Positions 1-7,821 of a stretch of DNA of 64,000 bases are shown one piece after another. The first letter of the stretch is position 1, and each line of letters starts with the position of its first letter. Source of the stretch: an uncultured Alphaproteobacteria bacterium (GTDB lineage: Bacteria > Pseudomonadota > Alphaproteobacteria > Methylaequorales > Methylaequoraceae); the NCBI GenBank assembly GCA_902590895.1, contig CACIYM010000001.1:4477-68476 (forward strand). The letters run 5' to 3'. The notes below the pieces were generated by a model. That model saw only the letters and a program-made list of their open reading frames with translations, had not been told where the DNA came from and did not search any database. The translations under genes and the position numbers were made by a program.

Positions 1-595
1 TTTGATTTTTTTTATTTTCTTTTACCATTTTATCCAGTTCTTGATTTATTTTTGCTGAAGTCATCACGTTTGATTCTGCAATTGATTTAACAAGTTTGTT
101 GGATTCATCCTTAATTGATTTTGATAAACCACTAGAGAGATTTGATATTTCCTTGGATAGGTTAATCATAAGCGTTTTATCATTTGATTTTATGGCATCT
201 GATAAGTTATCCACAGCACTTTTTAATTCAGTATTAGCATTAACAAGATCGCTGTGCCTCGCTAAACTTGAATTCATATTTTCGACAGCTTTATTTACAT
301 TTTCAACATTTTCAGCAAATACTACGAGTGCTTCCCTACTTGTACTTGTCATGTCCTCTAACTCCGATAAAGATTTAAAATATAGAAGTCCTGTTAGTAT
401 TATTGCAATAACAGCTGTTGCAATTGAACTTGAAAAAACAATTGTAGTGTATTTATGTATTTCTTTCACTTTTTGCTCCGCTTTTATATATTCATTTTTT
501 ATCTTTTTATATTCTGATGTAACATCGGTGGCAGCATCAGCAGCATCTAAAGCAATTTTAATGCTTTCTTGCATAGCGTTTATTTGTTGGTTCAT
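1..595 (-). CDS. membrane-anchored coiled-coil protein of unknown function (partial; 3' end beyond left edge of window)
   Basis: My own minus-strand translation from the ATG at 595-593 gives MNQQINAMQESIKIALDAADAATDV...TTIVFSSSIATAVIAIILTGLLYF (one TM)...ENVENVNKAVENMNSSLARHSDLVNANTELKSAVDNLSDAIKSNDK... The frame stays open to position 1. It is absent from the ORF track because it has no stop in the window. The listed + ORF 96..623 is its antisense shadow. It has an ATGA start/stop overlap with the upstream 66-aa ORF. Confidence 0.6.
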   Translation of the reverse strand, partial: MNQQINAMQESIKIALDAADAATDVTSEYKKIKNEYIKAEQKVKEIHKYTTIVFSSSIATAVIAIILTGLLYFKSLSELEDMTSTSREALVVFAENVENVNKAVENMNSSLARHSDLVNANTELKSAVDNLSDAIKSNDKTLMINLSKEISNLSSGLSKSIKDESNKLVKSIAESNVMTSAKINQELDKMVKENKKNQ

Positions 596-792
596 GCAAG
601 CAATCCTTTTTTCTTTATGTTAACATTTTTATTCTTTTTTGAAAATAGTGCACAATTTGTGCCAGAAATTGTTCTGACCTCTAGATAAGGAATTTTTTTT
701 GATATAACGCCAAAAGCTCTGCAGCCGTATGGATAGTTTCTTTTGTGAGTTATATAAAAGTGTTGGCAGTTATTACAATAATCCCTATTCAT
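592..792 (-). CDS. small Cys-containing protein (66 aa), unknown function
   Basis: ORF track. The N-terminus has a CNNC...GC pattern (MNRDYCNNCQHFYITHKRNYPYGCRAFG) plus a later Cys. An 8-nt overlap with the upstream ORF and an ATGA overlap with the downstream gene suggest a real, co-translated gene. I recognise no family. Confidence 0.45.
   Translation of the reverse strand: MNRDYCNNCQHFYITHKRNYPYGCRAFGVISKKIPYLEVRTISGTNCALFSKKNKNVNIKKKGLLA
649..664 (-). promoter_or_regulatory. sigma54-type promoter candidate (-24/-12) in front of the coiled-coil gene
   Basis: The minus strand reads TGGCAC-AAATT-GTGCA (GG-N10-GC spacing, perfect -24 hexamer, -12 one mismatch from TTGCA). It lies 53 nt upstream of the ATG at 595, with AGGA 8 nt before the ATG. 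It sits inside the 3' part of the 66-aa ORF. Confidence 0.5.
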
Positions 793-1021
793 TGTTCTTA
801 AGTTCCTTTATCTTTGATACTAATTTTGCTATTTGAAATCTTAAACCACCGGCAAAAGATGTTACGGCACAAAACCACAAAAAATATGACAAAAGAATGT
901 TTTCATCTTTGTAAGTTTCAATGGCTTTAAAATGGCAAACAACTGCACTGTAGAAAAATGCAAAGGTAATAATTAGTTGAGATATTTTTCTACTAAACAT
1001 TTTGTTTTCCATTTTCGTCAA
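785..1021 (-). CDS. small two-TM membrane protein, unknown function
   Basis: ORF track. Two hydrophobic helices (LIITFAFFYSAVVCHF and LLSYFLWFCAVTSFAGGL). It overlaps the flhB 3' end by 29 nt from the first ATG, or by 8 nt if Met8 at 1000 is the start. It overlaps the next ORF by 8 nt. Confidence 0.5.
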   Translation of the reverse strand: MTKMENKMFSRKISQLIITFAFFYSAVVCHFKAIETYKDENILLSYFLWFCAVTSFAGGLRFQIAKLVSKIKELKNNE

Positions 1022-2141
1022 AAATTAAGTCGCTAGGTACTTCAATTTCTGGTTTTTCGATTTCCTCGCCATTATTAATTTTATATATATACGCCAATGC
1101 TATAGCTACTGCATTATACAACTTACTTACTATTTCGTCACCAATTTCTGTAGTAAAGTATAATGCCCTAGCTAATATTGGACTTTGCATATTACCGATA
1201 TTAAGTTTTTTGGCCTTCTCAATTATTAATTCAGCATTTTTTCCTTTACCCTTTGCAATAACTATCGGTGCAGCTGAATCACCAACCTCATATTTAAGGG
1301 CAATTGCAAAATGAGTTGGGTTTGTAATTATCGCGGTTGCTTCATCAAGATTTTCTATAGATGCATTTTCTTGTCTAGTTTTTCTCGCAGCATTCATTTG
1401 TAATTTTCTTATTTTTTGTTTTACCTCTGGCTGACCATCAGTGTCTTTATATTCGTCTTTGATATCCTGATGGGACATTCTCAGTGATTTTATGTAGTCA
1501 TATTTTTGATAAGTGAAGTCGATTGCCGCAATAACTGCTAAAGCCACCAACAAGCAAATAACTAAAATTGGGAAAAAAGAGACAAGCCTTGATAAAGCTG
1601 AGAATAGGTTTGCCTCACTTATATTTATAATATCTGGAAGGTAAAAAATTAATACGAAATATGAAATAATCCCTAAGAAAAAAACTTTTAAAATTGATTT
1701 TGCTAGTTCGACAAGACCTTTAATGGCAAATATTTTACCAAGTCCCTTAATAGGATTCATTTTTTCAAATTTAAACTCAATAGATTTTAGAGAAAAGTTT
1801 ATCCCCCCAACCATGAATTGAGTTAAAATACAAATAATTACAAGTGGTGTAGAAAAGATAATAACTACTTTAACAATGAAATTAATAGCAGCCTTTACTG
1901 ATTCTAATGGGGATTTACCATTGTTTAATTCTGGTCCAAAATTAAAAAAAGAGGCAGTAATTTTTAAAAAATCATCTAGCAACGGCGGCATTAAATACAT
2001 CAATAAAACACCGATTGATAGAATAGTGAAAACCTGCATCTCTCTGGATGTAACAACTTTCCCATCCTCTTTAGCTTTTTCCAATCTTCGGGAGGTGGGG
2101 TCCTGGGTTTTTTCCTGACTTTCGTCTTTATCTTCAGCCAT
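993..2141 (-). CDS. flhB: flagellar type III export switch protein FlhB
   Basis: 382 aa with four N-terminal TM segments. Has the NPTH autocleavage motif (AIITNPTHFAIALKY) and a typical N-terminus (EKTQDPTSRRLEKAKEDGKV). Confidence 0.95.
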   Translation of the reverse strand: MAEDKDESQEKTQDPTSRRLEKAKEDGKVVTSREMQVFTILSIGVLLMYLMPPLLDDFLKITASFFNFGPELNNGKSPLESVKAAINFIVKVVIIFSTPLVIICILTQFMVGGINFSLKSIEFKFEKMNPIKGLGKIFAIKGLVELAKSILKVFFLGIISYFVLIFYLPDIINISEANLFSALSRLVSFFPILVICLLVALAVIAAIDFTYQKYDYIKSLRMSHQDIKDEYKDTDGQPEVKQKIRKLQMNAARKTRQENASIENLDEATAIITNPTHFAIALKYEVGDSAAPIVIAKGKGKNAELIIEKAKKLNIGNMQSPILARALYFTTEIGDEIVSKLYNAVAIALAYIYKINNGEEIEKPEIEVPSDLIFDENGKQNV

Positions 2142-2142
2142 T

Positions 2143-2964
2143 TTATTTTGATCCTACAAATAAGATTTCAACTGATTCAAGTGCATTTTTAGTCAAATCG
2201 GAAAAAGCATTACCTATTGTTCTTGATGATAAATAAAGAACAAAAAATGCAAGAAGTAATGTAACCGGAAAAGCAAATGAAAACATATTTAATTGTGGTG
2301 AAGATCTGGTGATAACTCCGATAGCGATATTTGCCATCAACAGTGATCCAACGACTGGTAACATAATCAATCCACCTGTATAAAACATTGCGCCTGCTGC
2401 CTCAATTCCTAACCCTACAAGTGATAAAGGTGGAAGTTCTGCGCTTAAATTATAAACTTCAAAGCTTTTAAATAAAAAATCTATCGCAATGAGGTGTCCA
2501 TTTAGTGATAAAAAAACTGTGATTAAAAATAGGTCTAAAATAATACTAATTACAGGGGTTTGACCACCAGTTTCGGGATCCACCATTTGTGAAAACCCAA
2601 GTCCAGTAGATGCTGCCATTTTTTCACCAGCTAAAGTTGCTGCACTAAACCAAATACTAAGAGTTAATCCTAATGAAATCCCAATTATTGCTTCAACAAT
2701 TACAATCATTAATAAGTTATCCATAACATACTGATTGACTTCAGTTTCTGAAATATAACCAAAATAAAAAAAAGAAATTACCATCGAAAAAACTATTTTT
2801 ACATTTAATGGTATATTCTTTGAACCAAGGAATGGACTGGAAATCAGAAATGAAGACAGTCTTATTGAGGATAAAAAGAATAAAAAAAGATAATCCATTA
2901 ATTCATTTAATTCTATCCCCGGAAGTGGATCCATAGGAGAAAAAAATGGAAGAGGAATGAACAT
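2143..2964 (-). CDS. fliR: flagellar export gate protein FliR
   Basis: A 273-aa polytopic membrane protein between fliQ and flhB, with a FliR-like sequence. There is a 1-nt gap to flhB and a 1-nt overlap with fliQ. Confidence 0.9.
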   Translation of the reverse strand: MFIPLPFFSPMDPLPGIELNELMDYLFLFFLSSIRLSSFLISSPFLGSKNIPLNVKIVFSMVISFFYFGYISETEVNQYVMDNLLMIVIVEAIIGISLGLTLSIWFSAATLAGEKMAASTGLGFSQMVDPETGGQTPVISIILDLFLITVFLSLNGHLIAIDFLFKSFEVYNLSAELPPLSLVGLGIEAAGAMFYTGGLIMLPVVGSLLMANIAIGVITRSSPQLNMFSFAFPVTLLLAFFVLYLSSRTIGNAFSDLTKNALESVEILFVGSK

Positions 2965-3230
2965 TATTTTATACCTGAGACTGTTTCAAAGATAAAATGA
3001 AAATAATCATGTAAGCTTACTAATAAGAAAGGAGCTAAAAAACCCATTGCAAAAATAACTAACACCATTTTTGGTACAAAACTTAAAGTCATTTCTTGAA
3101 TAGAAGTAGCGGCTTGTAAGATGCCTATTAACAAACCAATTGCTAACGCTGCTCCTAAAAACGGTCCACTAGTTATCAATACTTGATAAAAAGCTAATCT
3201 GACCATTTCAATATTTTCATCAAATCCCAT
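2964..3230 (-). CDS. fliQ: flagellar export gate protein FliQ
   Basis: The ORF track gives 2964..3290, but that start would overlap fliP by 46 nt. Met21 (ATG at 3230-3228) gives an 88-aa two-TM protein of typical FliQ size, 14 nt downstream of the fliP stop. Confidence 0.9.
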   Translation of the reverse strand: MGFDENIEMVRLAFYQVLITSGPFLGAALAIGLLIGILQAATSIQEMTLSFVPKMVLVIFAMGFLAPFLLVSLHDYFHFIFETVSGIK

Positions 3231-3244
3231 TAATAAACTTCTTT

Positions 3245-3994
3245 CTAAGGTGAAAATGTTCCAACTAATGAACCAACTGTCATTGACCATCCATCAACCA
3301 ATACGAATAAAAGAAGTTTAAATGGAAGTGCAATTAACATTGGTGATAACATCATCATACCTAGTGACATTAAAATAGAAGCAATTACCATATCAATTAC
3401 TAGAAACGGTAAAAACAACAAGAACCCAATCTGAAATGCAGTTTTTAGCTCACTAGTCATGTAAGCCGGAAGAATTATGTAAAACGGTATCTCAGAAGTA
3501 TCAAGAAATTCACCTTTGTTTGCCATATCTGAAAACATCACAAGATCATTTTTTCTGGTGTTTTTAATCATAAAACCCTTTAGTTCGTTACCCCCACTTT
3601 CAATAGCCTCACTTAAATTCATCTCTCCAGCCTGATAAGGTCCTGAAACAGTTGAATATATTTTGTTAAAAGTTGGGGCCATTACAAAAAATGTTAGAAA
3701 AAGTGAAATAGCAATAATAATTTGATTAGGTGGAGTTTGTTGGGTACCTAGTGCTTGTCTAAGAATTGACATAACAATTACTATTCTCGTGAAAGCAGTC
3801 ATACCCAAAACAAGTGAGGGTAGGATTGTTAATGCTGTCATTAATGCTAAAATTTTTAAAGATAGCGAATATGTTTTATCTCCATTAGCTGATTCTGTAA
3901 TAGTAAGTGCTTCTAATCCTCCTGGAACTGCCTGTGAGAATGCTAAAACTGGGAATAAAAATGTTATTATAAGAAAAATACTAAATTTTTTCAT
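3245..3994 (-). CDS. fliP: flagellar export gate protein FliP
   Basis: 249 aa with an N-terminal signal peptide (MKKFSIFLIITFLFPVLAFS). Has a conserved FliP core (TALTILPSLVLGMTAFTRIVIVMSILRQALGTQQTPPNQ). Confidence 0.95.
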   Translation of the reverse strand: MKKFSIFLIITFLFPVLAFSQAVPGGLEALTITESANGDKTYSLSLKILALMTALTILPSLVLGMTAFTRIVIVMSILRQALGTQQTPPNQIIIAISLFLTFFVMAPTFNKIYSTVSGPYQAGEMNLSEAIESGGNELKGFMIKNTRKNDLVMFSDMANKGEFLDTSEIPFYIILPAYMTSELKTAFQIGFLLFLPFLVIDMVIASILMSLGMMMLSPMLIALPFKLLLFVLVDGWSMTVGSLVGTFSP

Positions 3995-4310
3995 TTAATA
4001 ACCTTTTTTCAAAAACCTTTTCAAGATGTGATGTTTTATTTTTTGAATTTGTTTTAATTTCAGTTAATAGAGCTCCTGAGTTTTTTCCAGAAATAAATAA
4101 ATATTCTTTGTCATCAAGATTTAATATTAAAGCCCTATCTCCTTGACCAAGAATGGTCACATCAGATATTTTCATCCTTTTTTTTGAATTTAATTTTTGT
4201 GATATTACATGCTTATTTTTTTTTAGATAATAAAAACCAATAAGCATTGATAGTAAAAAACCTAAAACTAACAAATAGTTTGATAAACTGGGTCCTGTAA
4301 ATTCTTGCAT
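3981..4310 (-). CDS. fliO: FliO-like flagellar biosynthesis protein
   Basis: Single TM (LSNYLLVLGFLLSMLIGFYYL) followed by a small soluble domain. It sits immediately upstream of fliP and overlaps it by 14 nt. I place the start at the ATG at 4310-4308 (MQEFTG...), which is preceded by GAGG. The track's TTG start at 4340 lies inside the -12 element of the promoter. Confidence 0.6.
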   Translation of the reverse strand: MQEFTGPSLSNYLLVLGFLLSMLIGFYYLKKNKHVISQKLNSKKRMKISDVTILGQGDRALILNLDDKEYLFISGKNSGALLTEIKTNSKNKTSHLEKVFEKRLLNEKI

Positions 4311-4335
4311 ATTACCTCGCTTTTTATACAGAGGA

Positions 4336-4351
4336 TGCAAGAACCTTGCCG
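4336..4351 (-). promoter_or_regulatory. sigma54-type promoter (-24/-12) for fliOPQR-flhB
   Basis: The minus strand reads CGGCAAG-GTTC-TTGCA (GG-N10-GC; GGCA and TTGCA match the consensus TGGCAC-N5-TTGCW). It lies 25 nt upstream of the ATG at 4310, with GAGG in the short leader. Confidence 0.6.
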
Positions 4352-4430
4352 TAAGATTGATCTTTAGTGTAAGTTACTGATTGTACTGATAAAATATTTA
4401 ATAAAAAAATTTGTTGTCAAATAAATGGCG

Positions 4431-4835
4431 CTAGAGATTTTCAATTAATTCCTCAGGATCGGCCACTTCAGTAAATCTTATTCCAAACTTCTCGCCAACC
4501 ATAACAACTTCTCCTTTAGCTATTTTTGTTCCATTTGCAAGTATATCTAACGGTTCGCCTGCTAGTCTTTCAAGTTCAACCACGGAACCTTCATTAAGCC
4601 TTAATAGGTCTTTGATTTTTATCTCCGTGTTACCAACCTCCACAGTTAATTTAACCTCTATATTCTCTAATACTCGCAGGTTATTAACGGCTGCTGTCCC
4701 TTGTTTTGCAATTTTGTCATTAGGCTCACTTTGAGCATTGACATCACCGTCAGCTTTTGTCTCTTCAGGTTTATTTTCTTTAACTTCTTCGTTCGGTGTT
4801 TCTTTTTTTTCTTCTTGAGCAGTTTCAGCGTTCAT
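4431..4835 (-). CDS. fliN: flagellar motor switch protein FliN
   Basis: Has a C-terminal SpoA/FliN domain (LLRLNEGSVVELERLAGEPLDILANGTKIAKGEVVMVGEKFGIRFTEV). Lies downstream of fliM. Confidence 0.9.
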   Translation of the reverse strand: MNAETAQEEKKETPNEEVKENKPEETKADGDVNAQSEPNDKIAKQGTAAVNNLRVLENIEVKLTVEVGNTEIKIKDLLRLNEGSVVELERLAGEPLDILANGTKIAKGEVVMVGEKFGIRFTEVADPEELIENL

Positions 4836-4846
4836 TATATATCTCC

Positions 4847-5827
4847 TTAGTTTTTTAATCTTTTAGTTAATTTTACAGAAGCATTACCTTTAACTTCTCC
4901 CATTTCAGCCTTAAAATACTTTTGATTACTAACATAAAAATCGACGGTATCATCTACATTAATATTTAAAGTATCACCTTCTTTTATTCTAAGAAGTTTT
5001 GACATTGAAACAACAGGTTCTGATAAATTACTTTGAACTTTTAAAGGCACTTCTAGTACAGCCTTTTCTAATTTATCTCTCCAAGATAGATTAGTCTCTA
5101 CAACATCGGACTGTACCCTTGATCTTAGTAACGAAGATACTGGTTTAAGAGTTTGTAATGGGTAAACTATATCAAATGACATTGAGTCAACTTTTGGGAG
5201 TTGCATTACAAAAGAACAAACAATTATAAGATCAGAAGATTCAACAAAAGCTGCAAATTGCGGATTTTGTTCTCTACTATGAAATTTGATTGTAATTGGT
5301 GTCAAGTCTTTCCAGCTTTGCTCTAAAACTTTTGCTATACCTTCATTTACTACTTCAATTATTTTTTCTTCTGTAGAAGTGAATTCTGTTCTGTTTGTCT
5401 CAGAAACTTCAAGCTTCCCTCCATATCTGCTACTCGTACAAAGGTTGACAAAATTTGGTGGTAAGACTGTAAGCATTGAACCTCTAAGCTCATCAATTCT
5501 GCTATTCGTCATACTCATGAATGCATCCAATCCAGAGCTATATTCTTCGTATGATTTTACTTCAGGAGGAAAGGAGCTAATTCTTGGTTGAACTCTGAGT
5601 AATGGTAAAAAAACACTTCTCACTGTTCGAGCGAATCTTTCATTTATCAATCTTAATGCATAATAATCTCCAAGTAATGAAAGATCATCTGAACCAAATT
5701 GGAAGGTTTTGTATTCAATTTCTTTTCCATCTTTAATAGTAGTTGAGGCACTCAAATCACCAGACTTAAGTCCTTCCATTAGAGCGTTTACTTCTTCACT
5801 AGATAACTTTCTTGATGGTTCCACCAT
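4847..5827 (-). CDS. fliM: flagellar motor switch protein FliM
   Basis: 326 aa with an N-terminal CheY-binding-like LSSEEVNALMEGL. The C-terminus has a SpoA-like domain. Lies between fliL and fliN. Confidence 0.85.
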   Translation of the reverse strand: MVEPSRKLSSEEVNALMEGLKSGDLSASTTIKDGKEIEYKTFQFGSDDLSLLGDYYALRLINERFARTVRSVFLPLLRVQPRISSFPPEVKSYEEYSSGLDAFMSMTNSRIDELRGSMLTVLPPNFVNLCTSSRYGGKLEVSETNRTEFTSTEEKIIEVVNEGIAKVLEQSWKDLTPITIKFHSREQNPQFAAFVESSDLIIVCSFVMQLPKVDSMSFDIVYPLQTLKPVSSLLRSRVQSDVVETNLSWRDKLEKAVLEVPLKVQSNLSEPVVSMSKLLRIKEGDTLNINVDDTVDFYVSNQKYFKAEMGEVKGNASVKLTKRLKN

Positions 5828-5835
5828 ATTAAACT

Positions 5836-6468
5836 CTATTGTAGTACAAAGGATGTAAAGTGAACATTTTCAACTCCACCAAATCCCTCAACCTTAACTA
5901 ATGTGTTGTTAATACCTTCTTTTAAAGAATCCGCAAGTTTTTGTTTGCCCTCTCTGCCTGCAATGTCCGCTGGGGAAAAGGTTGACATAATTGTTAGGAT
6001 CTCTGATCTAAGTGCTAATTGATGGCTATCAACATTAGCCATAACCTGCTCATCGTATTGTGTTGAAACCCCAAGTGATATTTGCAGAAATTTTTTTGAC
6101 TCTTTAAGATTGGTTGTAAAATTTCCTGGGAATTCGTAATATGTTGTTGCAAAAATTTCCTCTTCAGGTGTAATTTTTGGAATTTTTTTTGGGCCAACAG
6201 GACAATTACCTTCTTCATCTTTTTCCTCCTCAGCACACTCAGCTGCTACCTCTTCAACTTCTGCTTCAGTATCTTTTTCAGAAGCTTCTGGGTTTTCTTT
6301 TTTTTCAATAATTTGTGATATTTCGGTAGATGGATCTGATGATTCTCCACCACTCATAAGTATTCCAATTCCTAAACCTGCCCCGAGAAGTACAATACCT
6401 CCAACAATCATTAAAATTAATTTTATTGGACTTTTTTTTTCATTATCTTGGTTATTATCTTCAGCCAT
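5836..6468 (-). CDS. fliL: flagellar basal-body-associated protein FliL
   Basis: Single N-terminal TM (IKLILMIVGGIVLLGAGLGIGILM). Has a FliL-like C-terminal domain (YYEFPGNFTTNL...FLQISLGVST...LRSEILTIMS) and sits upstream of fliM. It also contains an acidic insert (see findings). Confidence 0.75.
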   Translation of the reverse strand: MAEDNNQDNEKKSPIKLILMIVGGIVLLGAGLGIGILMSGGESSDPSTEISQIIEKKENPEASEKDTEAEVEEVAAECAEEEKDEEGNCPVGPKKIPKITPEEEIFATTYYEFPGNFTTNLKESKKFLQISLGVSTQYDEQVMANVDSHQLALRSEILTIMSTFSPADIAGREGKQKLADSLKEGINNTLVKVEGFGGVENVHFTSFVLQ

Positions 6469-6496
6469 CTTTACTCCTTAATAAATAGTATTTTAT

Positions 6497-7771
6497 TTAT
6501 GCTTGCACATCAATATTATGGTTACTAATTATTGTTTTTTTATTATCAATTGATTTTCTTTTATTAACTATTTGCTGGTTATCAATAACTTTTTTTTTTT
6601 TGGGATTATTAAAATTGTTATTAGAATTACCTTCAAAAAAATTAGAAAACTTATCATTTTTACTTTCAATAAGCTCATTTAACTTTCCCAAGTTTTCATT
6701 AAGTATATTAGCTGATTCAATATTTTCGGCGTTAATTTGAATTTTTGTTGTATTATCTTTTACAGAAACATCTAAATTTATTTTACCTAGGCTTTTTGGT
6801 TTAAGTGTGATTTCAACTTTATTTAGACCGTTGGTAACAGCATTTTTAATCATTTTCGAAAACTTTTCTCCCCAACTGCTTTCCATTAAATTTAATATTT
6901 CAGGTGTTGCAAATAATTTTGTTGGTCTGGTCTTGTTTTCTAATAATTGGGTATTCTTTTCTTTTTTTAATTTTTGAATATTGTTACTGATATCAATATT
7001 TTTTTTGGAACTTGTTATTACTTGATTGAAATTTTGTTTAAGAGGATTATTGTTTTTAATGATTTGATTTTCCTCTTCATTATTTACGTTTGTAGTAAAT
7101 GATTGTTTTCTTTTTCTAATTTTTTTTTTCTCTGATACTAGTTCTGGTTGATTTGTAATTTTTTTTTTTAAATCAAACCCTTCATGATTATTTTTTTCCC
7201 CTTTTATCTCTCCTATTTTTGATTCTGTTCCTAAGTTACTAATTTTTAAATCACTGCTAGAGTTTACCTTAAAGTCTGACTTTGTATTTTTTTTTGGCGG
7301 TTTAAATGAGACAGCTACAGAAATATTTTCAGTATTAATTGTTTTCTCTGGATTATTAGATTTAATTAGATTTTGTCGATTTTCACTTGTTTTATTTGAA
7401 TCATTAGGAGTCAATATTTGATTATTTAAATTTTTAGAAAGTATATTTTTATTTTTTGAAAAATTAATGATTTCAGATTTGGGTTCATTCGTTTGAGTTA
7501 TGCCAACATCTTTATAAAAAATTTGTACTAAAGACTTTGCAAGATCTTCGGTTCTTGAATTATAATTTTGGGTGTATAAAGTGTTTTTATCACCTTCACT
7601 TTGATCAATATTGTAAATATTTGAATCATTTTCCGTATATTCTTCATTGCTTCCAGAATGCACCAAAGCGAATAGCTCAGCAAATAACAAATCTACTTCA
7701 TCAGGAGAAACATTTTGTTTGATTCCAACTAAATTTGATGCTGAATTTGTTTTATTATCTATTGAAACCAT
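6497..7771 (-). CDS. fliK: flagellar hook-length control protein FliK-like
   Basis: The C-terminal part (KVEITLKPKSLGKINLDVSVKDNTTKIQINAENIESANILNENLGKLNELI) resembles the FliK C-terminal (Flg_hook) domain. The N-terminal two thirds are N/K/S-rich low complexity. Lies between fliJ and fliL. Confidence 0.65.
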   Translation of the reverse strand: MVSIDNKTNSASNLVGIKQNVSPDEVDLLFAELFALVHSGSNEEYTENDSNIYNIDQSEGDKNTLYTQNYNSRTEDLAKSLVQIFYKDVGITQTNEPKSEIINFSKNKNILSKNLNNQILTPNDSNKTSENRQNLIKSNNPEKTINTENISVAVSFKPPKKNTKSDFKVNSSSDLKISNLGTESKIGEIKGEKNNHEGFDLKKKITNQPELVSEKKKIRKRKQSFTTNVNNEEENQIIKNNNPLKQNFNQVITSSKKNIDISNNIQKLKKEKNTQLLENKTRPTKLFATPEILNLMESSWGEKFSKMIKNAVTNGLNKVEITLKPKSLGKINLDVSVKDNTTKIQINAENIESANILNENLGKLNELIESKNDKFSNFFEGNSNNNFNNPKKKKVIDNQQIVNKRKSIDNKKTIISNHNIDVQA

Positions 7772-7796
7772 AAATTAACCTTTCACTACAACTTAG

Positions 7797-7812
7797 TGCA
7801 AATATAGTGCCA
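7797..7812 (-). promoter_or_regulatory. sigma54 promoter (-24/-12) for fliKLMN
   Basis: The minus strand reads TGGCAC-TATAT-TTGCA, a perfect match to TGGCAC-N5-TTGCA. It lies 10 nt after the fliJ stop and 25 nt upstream of the fliK ATG (7771), with AAAGG in the leader. Confidence 0.7.
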
Positions 7813-7821
7813 CGTTAATTT

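Noticed and set aside
96-623. A 175-aa + strand ORF at the left edge of the window.
   Set aside because: Its translation is low-complexity and hydrophobic (S/F/L/I-rich), typical of the antisense of a K/E/N-rich gene. The minus strand over the same span encodes a coherent TM plus coiled-coil protein, with a start, an SD and a promoter. I treat the + ORF as a shadow ORF.
4415-4420. A TTGACA hexamer (minus strand) between fliN and fliO, considered as a sigma70 -35 element.
   Set aside because: No convincing TATAAT-like -10 lies at 16-18 nt; the best candidates are TATTTT and AATATT. An isolated hexamer in AT-rich DNA is weak evidence, and the sigma54 motif 65 nt downstream explains the operon start better.
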